Assembly: GCA_964016885.1 (NCBI GenBank)
Contig: OZ024742.1
Coordinates: 87,296,001-87,360,000 of the forward strand
Reading direction: 5' to 3'
From: Eledone cirrhosa
Taxonomy: Eukaryota
DNA length: 64,000 nt
In this document: positions 11,420 through 24,758 of the stretch, in pieces
Layout: every line of letters begins with the position of its first letter
Position numbering within the stretch: position 1 is the first letter of the stretch
Translations under genes and position numbers: made by a program
Notes under the pieces: model-generated
What the model saw: the letters and a program-made list of their open reading frames with translations, nothing else
Databases searched by the model: none
Told to the model about the DNA's origin: nothing

Positions 11420-14400
11420 GGGTGTGTATGATTGTGTATAGATGATTATATTAATAAAAGGAATTCCAACTGCGTCTGATTTACTCGTTTTATTTAGAAT
11501 CCTTTAACATTTATAATGGTATTATAATGAAATAGTTTGGTAGAATGTTACATGTTAAGTGTTAATTGAACAAGTACTTTCATGCTTTCGCAATCTTCAG
11601 GTTCATTATGTGTGGTGACAGTCAAGTTTGCAATGTTCAACTGTAATGAGATGGGTAAATTGTGTGCCTTATATACAGTGAAAGGTGGCTCCAGAATGCT
11701 AAATCTTGCAAACTGTATTTCGACTAATCGGTGTGTAGTTTCACTGGATTACTAAAGCTGATTGGTTTAGTCGTCTAACGGTTGGTTTGAGCATGTCTAA
11801 CGTCCACTAATCATCAATTGTTTTGCTATTTTTAGAAATGATGAAAATGGCATTTTCTAGTAATCACATCCATGAACATCACTTTTATTAGTATTATTAT
11901 TGTTGTTGTTGTTGTTAGTAGTCGTACTCGACATGGCCGTAGTCATAGTTATAGTAGGAGTAACCCCATTATTATTGTTCATTTAGCTTAGGTTGGAATT
12001 TATCAATAACATTTTTTTCTTTGATTTTTTCTCTTGATTACACTTGGGCTGTGGAATTTGTAGAATGGGAGTATTATAAATATTCCCTGACCACATGTTA
12101 CTAGATGGTGACTTAGGGGTATCTGATGGACATTTGGGTCTCTGGTTTGCTGTCGGTGTACCCGTGCACGTTCCGATAGTGAATTTCCAGTTTGACCGAC
12201 ATATAGTTCTTCACATTTCGGGCATTTAATGCAGTAAATTAGATTTCTGCTTTTGCAGTTGATATTTGCATTTGGGAATATTTTCCAGTTTTTGTTTTCA
12301 TATATTGACCGGCGTGTATGGATTGACATGTGCCACATCGACCATCATTGCATTTAGATACAGTGAATGATTAGTCTTTGTTGTTAAGGTCACACTTTGC
12401 TTTTGTTAGTAATTGCTTCACATTTTTACGCTGTCTTTTACTAAGGGGCAAAGATCGATCTGTGATTAAGCCTTTTAATTCATTACTTTGGGCAATGATC
12501 GGTGGGTTTGCTTTGGCAGTGTTGAATATATTCTGGTGACAAGGGTTGTGTGTCATTATACATGGTATGACCAGTTCTTGGTTTCTTCTTCCTTTGGTTC
12601 TCCTAAGTTGTATAGGTATTTATATAGCCCGCTGTATACTATTTTCTATAAGTAGAGATGGGTATTTTTCTTTGACCAAAACTTATCTTAGTTCTGTTAA
12701 GCGTTTGTACCTGGTATTCGTATCTTCTACAATGGTACACATTCTTCTGGCTAGGCAGTATGGGATGTTGCGTTTTGTATGAGGTGGATGGCATGACTTC
12801 AAATTCAGATATTGATGGGTGTCTGTGAGTTTATAATATATATACTTGGTAATGGTGGTGTCGTTTTTGATTATCATTATATCTATGAGTGGTAATTTGG
12901 TCATAATCATCTCTTTTTTGAATTGGAGAATTGGGTGTAGGTTATTCAGGAGGATATTGAACTCATCCAGAGTATCTAGAGATTCTGTCCATGTGATGAA
13001 ACAGTCATCAAGGTATCTCTTCCAAGATTGTTCAATGTACTTTCTAAAGTCAGTACTATATGTTTCCTCTATTTCTTGGTAGATTGTTGTTCTAAGTATC
13101 CCATTAGGGAGTTCGCGTAAACGGGAGAAAACTTCGTTCCCATCGCTGTGCTTCTAATTTGGATATAATTTTTTCCATTGAAGAAGAAAGTGTTGTTTTC
13201 CAGAATAAGTTTAACTTCGTCTAATATAAATGGCGCTGTGAATCTGATAAGAATCACTTCTCTCTCGTTTTCCACCCAGTATTTAACCGCCTTTATCCTA
13301 AATCATGTGTAATGTTGGTGTAAAGGCTTACCACCTCAAAACTAATTAGAAGTCAATTCGTTTCCGTGGTTTGGGGAAGATGGGTGAGGAAGTCGATATC
13401 ATCCCATATGATACTGGATATGTGAATACATAGTGGTTTCAAAATAATGTCAACAAAATTGCTTAGACGGTGGGTGGGACATGTTGGACCAGCTATAATA
13501 GGTCTAAGTTTTAAGTATTTCGGGTGTAGTAATTTAATGTACTCACTGTTTTGTTCTCTTACTGTCAGTTGCATTTCTTTTGACTTATGAACTTTCGGTA
13601 TGCCATACAGGTTTCTGGGTTTTGCCTCAAAATTGGTGATGTAGTCTCTTTCCTTATCAGTAAGTGAGTTGTCGTATTTTGAAAACAGGGTGTTGATCTT
13701 CTTCATGATGCTGTGGTCTATATTTGACGGTATTTCATGATATAATGTTGTGTCTTTGAGTTTTACCTCAACCAAATCCTTGAAGTATTCAGAATCCATT
13801 ACAACAACTGCACCCTCTTTATCTGATTGTTTAATTATTATTGTTTTATCATTTTGTATACGTTTAAGTGCAGACATTTCTGATTTGTTAATGTTTGGCC
13901 TAACATTAGTATTACGTCTAAGAGGAAATTTAGACAGGATGTCAATGTATTGGTCGAGATAGATATTTCTTCCTTTTGGCGGAGTGAAATTTGATTTATT
14001 CTTTACTAGTGATTTATCAATCTCATTACATTTATCAGCGAAGAATTCTACGAGACGTAATTTTCGACAGAATTCTTGGGTATCCTCCTTCAGTTCTTGG
14101 TGGTTGACTGTTGCAGTCGGTGTGAATTTCAGTCCTTTTGACAGAATTTGCATTTCATCATTTGCATTTCATCATTGTGTTTTGGATAGATTAATTATTT
14201 TAGGATCTACATGTACAGTTGCTTTGGGTATGTTTGCTCCTGGAGTTTTTCTTATTCCGGTTGTTGGTGTCCTGACGTTAAAAAATGGATTTTTCTCTGT
14301 TCAGGATTTATATTGCTGTTGGTGTTTGCTTGATGAACTTTTGGTCGTGATATTATATTTGGTTTCGTTATGTATTTTGTCCTATTTTTGGCATTATGTA

Positions 14401-14906
14401 TATTATTTTTCCATTTTTTGTTAGCATTATTTTTAACAATCTGGGAAAATGACCTAGGTTTGCTTTCAGGTTTAGATCGTTTTTTCGCCCAGTTTCTTTT
14501 GGGTAATCTCTGTTGTGATCTTGAGAGTGATCGGGTTATTCTACGTTTTGTTTCCCCGTTCCTTGTGGGTAGTCTCTGTTGAGATATTGAGAATGATCTC
14601 CTGTTTATACTACTTCTCATGGTCTGGTCAAAGGAATAGCTATCGTGTTTGTGCTTGTTTTTCATGTTGTGTGCCATAGGGTGTTTTTGTAGAAAAAGCG
14701 AAGAGGTATTACCGTAGTTCTTCTTTGTTTGTGTTGGTACATGTTCTGGCGTATGTTGTGTTGGTGATATTGTCCACTTTTAATGCTTTTTCTCAGGGTT
14801 CCAGAGTCTTTACCGTAATTTGCAGTATATTCGTAGAGAAATAATTGTTTCTGCTGCCATACCTTTCTTGATTTGTTTTCTTCTTTTGAGATATCTCTGA
14901 TCCATA

Positions 14907-14982
<76 letters not shown>

Positions 14983-15034
14983 TTTCTGAATTTGTTTAGC
15001 AAGATTCTTTATCTGAAATCGTGTGTTGAAACCG
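11420..15034 (-). mobile_element. Penelope-like element (RT + GIY-YIG), degraded, with 3' pseudo-LTR
   Basis: LSKGLKFTPT, LYGIPKVHK, LRPIIAG, SFEVVSLYTNI, TAMGTKFSPVYAN, RYLDDC, NLIYCIKCPKCEELYVGQTG. Multiple frameshifts. Abuts (TA)n/(GA)n. Confidence 0.9.
11567..11605 (-). ncRNA. Minimal type-I hammerhead in the PLE pseudo-LTR
   Basis: TGAAC CTGAAGA T TGC GAAA GCA T GAAA GTAC TT^GTTCA. Palindromic AAGTACTT stem III, same strand as the PLE ORF. Confidence 0.85.
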
Positions 15035-15200
15035 ATATTGTTATACTTTGGGAGGGTCATGCTGCCAATAAGAAACACACGCACCAGTTTCTTTCACTTC
15101 AATTTATTATATATTTATAAATTTATAAATTTACAAATCTACAAACTTATAAATTTCTGGTTGGTCGGTTGGTTCCACAACCAGATAGTTGTTTATATAT

Positions 15201-15245
15201 AGTCATAGTCGTTTCGTCACACATTATGTGACCTCTTCAGTGACT
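15201..15245 (-). ncRNA. Minimal hammerhead motif
   Basis: AGTCA CTGAAGA G GTCACA taatg TGTGAC GAAA CGAC TA TGACT. Confidence 0.7.
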
Positions 15246-15387
15246 GGGGATTCCTTTCTTTGTTTCTGTGCCTTTCCTTTCTTCTATCCTACGCCATTTT
15301 GTTTCTGTGTGTGTCAGAACACACACAGAAACAAAATGGCGTAGGATAGAAGAGAGGAAAGGCACAGAAACAAAGAAAGGAATCCCC

Positions 15388-15432
15388 AGTCACTGAAGAG
15401 GACACAGAGTGTGTGACGAAAGGACTATGACT
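15388..15432 (+). ncRNA. Minimal hammerhead motif (mirror copy, weaker stem II)
   Basis: AGTCA CTGAAGA GGACACAgagTGTGTGAC GAAA GGAC TA TGACT. Confidence 0.6.
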
Positions 15433-15590
15433 ATATATAAACACCTATCTGGTTGTGAACCAACCAACCAACCAGAAATTTATAAGTTTGTAAATTTGTA
15501 AATTTATAAATTTATAAATATATAGTAAATTGAAGTGAAAGCAACTGGTGCGTGTGTTTTTTTATTGGCAGCATGACCCTCCCAAAGTAT

Positions 15591-15673
<83 letters not shown>

Positions 15674-16393
15674 TATGTGTGTGTGTGTGTGTGTGTATAT
15701 GTGCGTTTGTGGGTATCTTAGACCGCTGGTACTTTAAGAAAGAAACAGCAATAATCGGCATGTGACACATGAACAATTTGATAGAACATGAGTAATTTTA
15801 TTCATAATCTTTTTATTCATGTAACACTTCAATTATTAGTTGTTTCTGAATAGGTCATAGCTGCTGCATAACGATTATCAGAGGAATGCAGATGTATAAC
15901 GCATGAATGATCATTTTAGAAATCTAACTGTTGTTCTTGAAAATCCTCCAACGTTGTTCTTCGGAAAAACGACACCGGTTTGATTTTCGTAATAATGAGT
16001 AGATGGGCTGCTATAAAATGTTTTCAAAGTCATATAATTAGCAAATAAATGAATTTGAACTCAGTGATTAATATATGACATTCAATATATTTCAAGTATA
16101 AATTGTAGTATTTTGTCAACATAAATTCACTCAAAACAGACTGTTTGGATTGAAAAATAACATGAAATGTGCAATCTAAAATGTTTGGTAAATGCAGAAA
16201 ATATGGCTTAATAAAAAAAAGGCTATGAGCATACATTACATATATTGTGACGGTTATGATCAGTTAAAAGCATGTTTCTACATAAATGTTGACTAACTTT
16301 AAAATCATCTAAATATACAAAAATAGGAACGATATATTTCTGCGGCTCTATATATGTTTTGTTCATTTTCATAATGTTGATATGTTATTTATT

Positions 16394-16453
<60 letters not shown>

Positions 16454-16459
16454 TATATA

Positions 16460-17308
16460 CTATTATTATTATTATTATTATTGTTGTTGTTGTTGTTGTT
16501 GTTGTTGTTAGTGGTCGTAGTCGACATGGCCGTAGGCATAGTCATAGTAGGAGTAACCCCATTATTATTGTTCATTTAGTTTGGGTTTGAATTTATCAAT
16601 AACATTATTTTCTTTCTTTTTTCTCTTGATTTCACTTGGGCTGTGTAATTTGTAGAAGGGAATATTATAAATATTTCCTGGTCACATGTTGATAGATGGT
16701 TACTTAAGGGGTATCTGACGGACATTTGTGTCTCAAATTTCCTGTCAGTGTACCCGTGCACGAACCGATAGTGCATTTCCAGTTTGACCGACATATAGTC
16801 CTTCACAATTCGGGCATTTAATGCAGTAAATTAGATTTCTGCTTTTGCAGTTGATATTTGCATTTGGGAATATTTTTCCAGTTTTTGTTTTCATATATTG
16901 ACCGGCGTGTATGGATTGACATGTGCCACATCGACTATCATTGCATTTAGATACAGTGAATGATTGGTCTTTGTTGTTAAGGTCAAACTTTGCTTTTGTT
17001 AGTAATTGCTTCAAATCTTTCGGCTGTCTTTTAGTAAGAGTCAAACATCGATCTGTGATTAAGTCGTTTAATTCATTAATTTGAGCAATGATCGGTAGAT
17101 TTGCTTTGGCAGTGTTGAAGATATTCTGGTGACATGGGTTGTGTGTCATTATAAATGGTATGACCAGTTCTTGGTTTCTTCTTTCTTGGGTTGTCCTAAG
17201 TTATTGTATAGGTAATTTTTATATCCCGCTCTATGCCATTTTCTATAATTAAAGATGGGTAGTTTTATTTGAGCAAAAATTATCTTAGTTCTGTTAGGCG
17301 TTTGTACC
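16460..17308 (-). mobile_element. Second, 5'-truncated copy of the Penelope-like element (GIY-YIG region)
   Basis: CNDSRCGTC...NLIYCIKCPNCEGLYVGQTG. Highly similar to 11890-12710. Confidence 0.9.
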
Positions 17309-17387
17309 TGCTCTACTGTACTTATGTAGTTGATATATATTTATACTTATCGAGCTCTCTTTGGATGTTAGTCTTCAGATTTATTAT

Positions 17388-17475
<88 letters not shown>

Positions 17476-17556
17476 ATAATAATAAATCTGAAGACTAAAA
17501 TCCAAAGAGAGCTCGGTAAGTATAAATATATATCAACTACATAAGTACAGTAGAGC
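17309..17556. repeat. ~85-bp inverted repeat whose loop is a (TA)n tract
   Basis: tgctctactgtac...ttattattat (TA)n agtaataataa...gtacagtagagca. Related sequence at 29856-29940. Confidence 0.85.
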
Positions 17557-17669
17557 AAATATTTATTAAAATAACAGATTAAAGTTTAAGCAAAGAATCG
17601 CTGCTTTCACCCTTAACTTTATCTTCTGAAACTAACAAAGTCAATATGTATCTCAACATCCTGGACCGG

Positions 17670-18030
17670 ACCGAACCTCTGGACCCTATGTCTCCCCACT
17701 TTACACTGAAGGATCACCAATCAAATTTTCCGAACAACCCCTCCAATCGGCTCATTACCCCTACGAAGTCCAATTTAGGTAGACTTAGTAAAAGGATTCT
17801 TGATAGAATTATACCTGAAATTAGAAGTTTGGCCCCACCTTGCACTGTGGAACAATACTTTCACGGTGATTGATTTGTTTAACGGCATATGCAACAAGAA
17901 ACATTGCCGTTTTATCCAATTCGACATCAATAATTACTACTCCTACATCACTTTACCACTTCTCCTTAGAGCTATCAATTTCGCTAAAACACTCACAGTG
18001 GTTAAGGATTTCGAAGTTAATGTCATCCTC
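17670..18030 (+). mobile_element. RT fragment of a different Penelope-like family
   Basis: FTLKDHQSNFPNNPSNRLITPTKSNLGRLSKRILDRI...FIQFDINNYYSYI resembles PLE RT motifs 1-3. Frameshifted. Confidence 0.7.
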
Positions 18031-18378
18031 TTGAAGAGAGGGTTTCAATGGGATCTTCCGGTGAGAGCTATAGGTTTTGTAGTAGGCGCTCTTTCTTTCA
18101 GTGGGAGATGGTGTGATGGAACAAATATTTGCATATTCGAATACGGAGATGCTATATCCCCTACATATTTGTTAAGATATCGATTTAACATGATTAACTA
18201 ACGTGCTGAAACAATCGTAAATCATTGAAATAAATAAGAACCTCTCTTTTGTTGATTTTTTTTCTTTGTCCAATACTCACCCACTCGCTTATATAATTGT
18301 ATATGTATCTATCTAATTATCTCTGTCTACCCGCCTCCTCTGTCTCTTTTGCTTCCATTATATATCCATACACACACA

Positions 18379-18447
<69 letters not shown>

Positions 18448-18450
<3 letters not shown>

Positions 18451-18614
18451 GAAGGTAGCGTGGTAAGGAACCAGGTAGACCATGACGCACCATTGTACTC
18501 AATACTTTGGATAGTAGAGTGGGTAATACGAACATGTTCAAGAGCCCGACGGCAATTTTGGAAATACCCGCCGAAACGGCTTGAATTCTGCCGTCGGCGT
18601 CTTGAACATGTTCC
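18448..18614 (+). repeat. Short TA-embedded hairpin element (family shared with 36044-36236)
   Basis: Stem gaacatgttcaaga..ccgacggca / tgccgtcgg..tcttgaacatgttc. Leader gtggtaaggaaccagg...tagtagagtgggtaata is shared with the 36-kb copy. Confidence 0.7.
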
Positions 18615-18631
18615 TATATATATATATATAT

Positions 18632-18686
<55 letters not shown>

Positions 18687-19143
18687 CATTTGTTAATTTA
18701 ATACGTTATTGAGATTTTGTTTTTGTTTCATAATTTCTATTATAACATAATATACCAATCATAATATTTAATGTTATAGAAGCAGCCACAAAAATTCTTT
18801 CTGTTTAACTTTGTTGTTTGTAATGCATAATCAGGCACGAAAATTCGTTCCTTGTATATGTTATTCCATGCATGCATCATTCAAAAAAAAAGGATAACAC
18901 GAGAATAAGACAATATATTACAATGTTGATTATTTTGAAAGATATATAGAATTAGCTGTAATTTCGAAACACGTGCAGAGATGTTTTATTGATTATATCT
19001 AATTCTACGATATATATGTTAAAGAAAGCGTACGTCTCCCAATGTTCGCTATTAAGCTAAGTCGTAAAATTGTATTACAAGAAATACTATGTACACTATT
19101 TCACTGCCAAATAATGATTTAATAATTGTCATTTTTTTTTCAG

Positions 19144-19338
19144 ATATCAGATGTAAAAGTATAAATACGAAAATTGCCAACGGCAAAGTAGTGATCTTTC
19201 CTTATAACCAATTTGGATCAGTTGCGAAGTACTCATGTGTGGACTCATACAAGCTGGTGGGCCTATTAATGCGGGTATGCCAAGGTGATCTTTCCTGGAG
19301 TGGAGAAGAACCACGTTGTGTTATAAACACAGTAGAGG
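19144..19338 (+). CDS. Sushi/CCP (SCR) domain exon of a host extracellular protein
   Basis: Polypyrimidine tract + cag acceptor, G|gtgaga donor, 195 nt, symmetric phase 1-1. DIRC...NG...FGSVAKYSC...YKLVG...RVCQGDLSWSGEEPRC has the four Cys and the Trp of the CCP module. Confidence 0.92.
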
Positions 19339-19752
19339 GTGAGATATATCTATTGAAATGATTCTGCAATGCGCACTAAACACGAGCACAGCCAGCTTTG
19401 TTTAATGTAACCCTATTCAAACTTGCTATATTTTACAGTATTATGCAATTGGTATTGTTTGCCCCACACACACATCATTGCTATTTCTGCGTTGTAATGT
19501 TACTATTGATTACTCTTTCCCAATAAATGTTTTGGTCTTAGTCGTGTTTGCTTGGATATGGTGAATAGTGCATATTTAATTATTGTCTTAATCTAACCCA
19601 ACCCTGGGATATTAATAATAGAAATAATAATAATAATAATAATATTAAAAATAATAATAATAATAATAATGATAATAATGATAATAATAATAACAACAAT
19701 AATAATAATAATGATAATAATAATAACAATAATGATAATAATAATAATATTA

Positions 19753-20250
19753 ATGGTATGAGCATAAACCAGAGACGGTGATAGAAAACGATCAGGTGAA
19801 GGTCCTGTGGGATTTTAGGATACAGACGGACAAGAAACTGGAACACAATAGACCTGGCCAGGCCTGGTGGTTTTGGACAAGGAAAAAATATCGTGCCTGA
19901 TTGTGGGTGTGGCCTGCCCATTTGGAACGAGAGTGCAAGAGAAGGAGAGGGAGAAAATTAACCGATACCAGGACTTAAAGTGGCAGGAAAAGGATTTTGA
20001 ACTCCCATGAAGTCAAAGTGTTCCCTATTGTCATAGACGCACTAGGTACTATCTCACAAGTTTTCCAGAGATGGTTAAAGAAAATTGGCCCCGCCACGCT
20101 TTTTGGAACGCTTCAAAAGGGACGCTTGCTGGTAACAGTAAAAACCCTCCGATACGTCCTGCATATCTGAGAATGCAGGTAGCGGCTTGATATTAATTTC
20201 AACAAACTTTCCAGTTAACTAACATCAATGACTGAGACTCTAAGAACAAT
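19753..20250 (+). mobile_element. Degenerate 3' fragment of Dong family B in a + strand (TAA)n tract
   Basis: Encodes ENDQVKVLWDFRIQTDKKLEHNRPG, ends gactgagactctaagaac(aat)n. Confidence 0.85.
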
Positions 20251-20270
20251 AATAATAATAATAATAATAA

Positions 20271-20470
20271 TGTTTTCTTTATTAACCACAAGGGTTTACA
20301 TAATGTAGACATTAAGGACAGTACATGACAATACAGGACGGTTCAAATGGGCATTTCTGCGTGTATAAAAAACAGAGGATGTAATAAAAATAACAAAGAA
20401 AAATTCCCCAATAGGGGGGAGACTTCCGAGGGACATTTCTGGAGAAAGCCCATTAAAAGACCACAGTGAC

Positions 20471-20471
<1 letters not shown>
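20271..20471 (-). mobile_element. 3' UTR fragment of the Tx1-type element
   Basis: Reverse complement of ~59390-59590, flanked by (TAA)n. Confidence 0.8.
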
Positions 20472-20529
<58 letters not shown>

Positions 20530-22957
20530 GCAACAACAATAACAGCAAAAACCCACATCAACAATGATATACTGACTCAGAGATCGACATTGCAAGCATA
20601 TGATTAATACCATCAAACTACATCAGGAAAAACTCAATTGTCTTCCGAGATTTGCTCCTTATATGTCCAAAACCACGGAAAGTATCAATATACGTTAAGC
20701 ATATATAATTTGAATATCATTTTTTTTCAAATCGATGCAAGAGATTCTAGAAAGTGAATAAACGGTTTATATTAATTGTAAAACAAAAAAACAACACACA
20801 CACAATGTTAATTCACCAACTGATTAACTAAAACTGCAAGCGAAGAAGATCCGATCTTGTAATTGGGTGAATAGATTACAAGAAAACATAACATGTGGTC
20901 AGGCGTGCTTGCATTTTGTAGACACAAACTTTTTTCAGAAAAAAATACTGAATTCATAAAAGTGAATATGGTATTGTGGAGTGTAGGACTAATAGCTTGG
21001 TTTCGAGAACTAAAAAACAGTTTTTTTCCATAGGGGATTAGCTTATCACCTTACTGATTGTCATTCACGCTACTTACTTTTGCTAGAATTAAAAGTTAAC
21101 ATCAGCGTATACTTTACAAAACATTGGAATAAATAAACCACGTTTCTCTTCCTAGTCTACCTAATTTTATTTAACAATAAAGCGAGGGCATTTGAATCGT
21201 TTATCATTTCAGTATGATTTCTTTTTAATGAGATGAAAATTGATTTTGTAATCCATGAAATGAAGGCCAATACGTATGTACAATAAACGTGACACGGATA
21301 TCTGACTATTTCCGAAGCTAGTATAATTCAAGACTACTAACGAAGAGTAAAATAGTTAATTAAATCTACTCATAGGCATACATGATGAACATCAGAAATG
21401 AGTAGCTCAATGCAGCTTTACATGGAACAGCTATCAATGGGCTTTGCATATGAATCTGCACACATGGACTCTGAAAATATTAACCGTGGAATGTATACCC
21501 AATACATATACATATATATATACATATACATATATATGTATATATATATATACATGTAGGATATTCAAACGTTCCACTCAATTTCTACCAAAACGCTACC
21601 TTAGCCAACGACATAATTTATTCCAGTTTGAACACGAACATACATAGTATAACATCTAGCATTGGGAATGAACGATCTTAAGCCTCGATAAAGAAAACTG
21701 AAATAGTGATGAAGTTCAAAGTATTTACGACAGGAACTCTTATTAGATTCGAATTAGGAAACACGACGATGCTACATCTAAACGTGGAGAATTAACTAAA
21801 ATAAGTAGTATCAGATTATAGAATAGAGCAGATAAATGAATTACCCTAAAGCTGTGCATACAAATGGTTAAGAGTCCATTGACCCTAAACATGTAAAGGA
21901 AATAAATAAAGAAATATAATAAATGCATTGACTTAATTATTTAAAGAACTCTCGGTGTCATATCGTAGGTTAGTAGGCGTCAATAATCTCGCTATCTCAT
22001 TAATATCTAACAAATATAGTAATCGATATTAGAGAATCTAAGAATTGTAAAATGTAAAGACAGAACCCACGAAAATGGTGCTAATCTATTGAAAACCATT
22101 TGACATGAAATTCTGAATAGTGCGAGAGAAGTTAATGAATAGAGAAGAATAATTTACAAGAGACTAGATTAGTTATAGAACAAAACATAAAATACCGACT
22201 CCCTGTATTAGTGGAAATATGATGTTATTGTGAATTATACATGCTATAACTCTCAAATATAAATAGCATGAAATATCCACGACGACTATAATTTGAATTA
22301 ATGCAAATAATACCGTGAAAATGAATGTATATTAAAGAGAAGTTAGGTTTTCAGATATATATGAATAGCATAATAGAGAATATTCCTCAAAGAGTATTAT
22401 GGAAAAAGGTACGAGAATCTAGAAGTTGGTCATACCAGAGGAAAAAAAAAATTGTTGTTGCTGAATACTTAGTCTGCTACATAGATTTTCTTTTCTATCT
22501 GCCTAAATGTAGCGTAAGCTGAATCCAGATTACTTATGACTAAATGCGTTGTAGCTATATCTAAAACATCCTGCGCTCAGGTATAACTGTATCGACGTTT
22601 CAATAAACGGCTGTATTTAGTAAATTATTAGAAGTGGTTTTCTTGTAGAGGAATTGACATCCAATAATGTATATGCGACCTGGGCAAAGCCATAAATATG
22701 AATATAATACATTATTCTTGTTCATATGCCCCCGAGGTTAACATTGCCTGTCATCATTACGGGGTCGATAACATAAAGTACGAGTCATATACTGAGTAAT
22801 TGCAGGCCTTGTGCCTAAACGAGGAAACAATTATTCTTTGAATGATATTATCCGGTTTAATGTCGAAATATATTCGCATAATATCATATATATTACATAA
22901 ACAAATAATAATAAATGCAGAATACTATTATAATATATTCACATAATCAACAAGTAT

Positions 22958-23150
22958 CGGCGGATTGGGAGTATCGGTAGAAGGTCGGACGCCATGCTTT
23001 CACGCATATAGTTATGGCCCTTGCCAATCTGAGTTCAAAACCCGCCAAGTTTAACTTTGCCTTTCATCCTTACGGGGTCGATAAATTAAAGTATCAGTAA
23101 TACACTGGGTATTTGCTGGCTTTGTACCAAAAGTAGAAACACTTATTATT
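22958..23150 (+). mobile_element. tRNA-derived SINE (partial 3' copy also at ~22730-22835)
   Basis: Same A/B boxes and central domain as 6765-6950. Confidence 0.85.
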
Positions 23151-23180
23151 ATCATTATTATTATTATTAGTATTATTATT

Positions 23181-24640
23181 GTTGTTCTTTGAGTCTCAGT
23201 CATTGATGTTATTTAACTGGAAAGTTTGTTGAAATGAAATGAATATCAAGCCACTACCTGCAGCCTCAGATATCCAGGACGTATCGGAGGGTTCTCACTG
23301 TTCCCAGCAAGCATGCCTTTTGAAGTGTTCCAAAAAGCGGGGCTGGACTAATTTTCTTTAACCATCCTTGGAAATTCTTTGAGATATTCCATTATGCGCC
23401 TATGACAATCGGGACCACTTTGACTTCATGGCAGTTCCAAATCCTTTTTACCTCCAACTTTAATTCCTGGTATCGGTTAATTTGCTCACTCTCCTACTCT
23501 TGCACTCTCGTGACGAATGGGCAGGCTACATCTACAATCCGGCACGATTTTTTTTAAGTCTCTTCTTTTCAACCAGTTCCATGTCTGTGAATATCTAAAT
23601 TCAGTTTTCTCAAAGAAACTATATGAAGAGATTTTTCATGAAGGTTGCTCTTCCTCTTTGTTGTTATTTCCTCCTTGGACATCCCTGGTCGATTGTCTTC
23701 TCCTTCAGTACAATTCCGAAAATTAGCTCCATACTGTTAGTCACGTATTTGTGTAGGTTGTTTTTCTCTATCTGAACAGAGTTCTCTATGCTGATAAGAC
23801 CTCTTCCCCCTTCAGATCTCGTTAAGTAGAGTCTATCGACATCACTCTTCTTGTGGAACATGTTGTAGATAGTCAAAAGCTTCTTAGTCTTCTGGTTGAG
23901 AAGAGGCGACCTTAAAAAGGCTACAGAAGGAATGCTAATGGCTGCGAAATAGTAGGCCCTCATAACGAGGTGGCTGAAACACTATATTTACAAGGAGGAG
24001 GCTAGCCCACTGTGCAGGATCTGTGAAGAGACAGAGGAGACTGAGGCTCACATTGTATCCGAGTGCAAACACCTAGCCCAGACTCACTATAATGGCTGGA
24101 GACATGGTGTGATGGGCAGGGTGATCCACTGGCACCTATGCAAAGTAAACAATTTACCACATTCTGAGAAGTGGTATGAGCATAAGCCAGAGTCGGTGTA
24201 TAGAAAACGATCAGGTGAAGGTGCTATGGGAATTTAAGATACAGACGGACAAGAAACTGGAACACAATAGACCTGACCTCGTGGTTTTGGACAAGGACAA
24301 CAGATCGTGCCCATACGACACGAGAGTGCAAGAGAAGGAGAGGGAGAAAATTAACCGACACCAGGATTTAAAGTGGGAGGTAAAAAGGATTTGGAACTGC
24401 CATGAAGTCAAAGTGATCCCGATTGTCATAGGCGCACTAGGGACTCAAAAAGTTTCCAGGGATGGTTAAAGAAAATTGGCCCCGCCCCGCTTTTTGGAAC
24501 ACTTCAAAAGGCATGCTTGCTTGGAACAGCAAGAACCCTCCGATACGTCCTTAATATCTGGGGCTGCAGGTAGTGGCTTGATATTCATTTCAACACACCT
24601 TCCAGTTAACAAACAAAAATGACTGAGACTCAAAGAACAA
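23181..24640. mobile_element. Rearranged Dong family B: minus-strand 3' piece (23181-23892, internal deletion) fused head-to-head with a plus-strand 3' piece (23893-24640)
   Basis: Both ends carry the family B 3' UTR. Junction at ...ttcttagtcttc|tggttgagaagaggcgacc. Confidence 0.8.
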
Positions 24641-24662
24641 TTATTATTATTATTATTATTAC

Positions 24663-24758
<96 letters not shown>

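Larger units (their letters stand above)
15035..15598. mobile_element. Fold-back element (~280-bp arms, 4-nt loop) with a hammerhead in each arm
   Basis: 15035-15314 is the reverse complement of 15319-15598. Followed by (TA)n. Confidence 0.85.
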
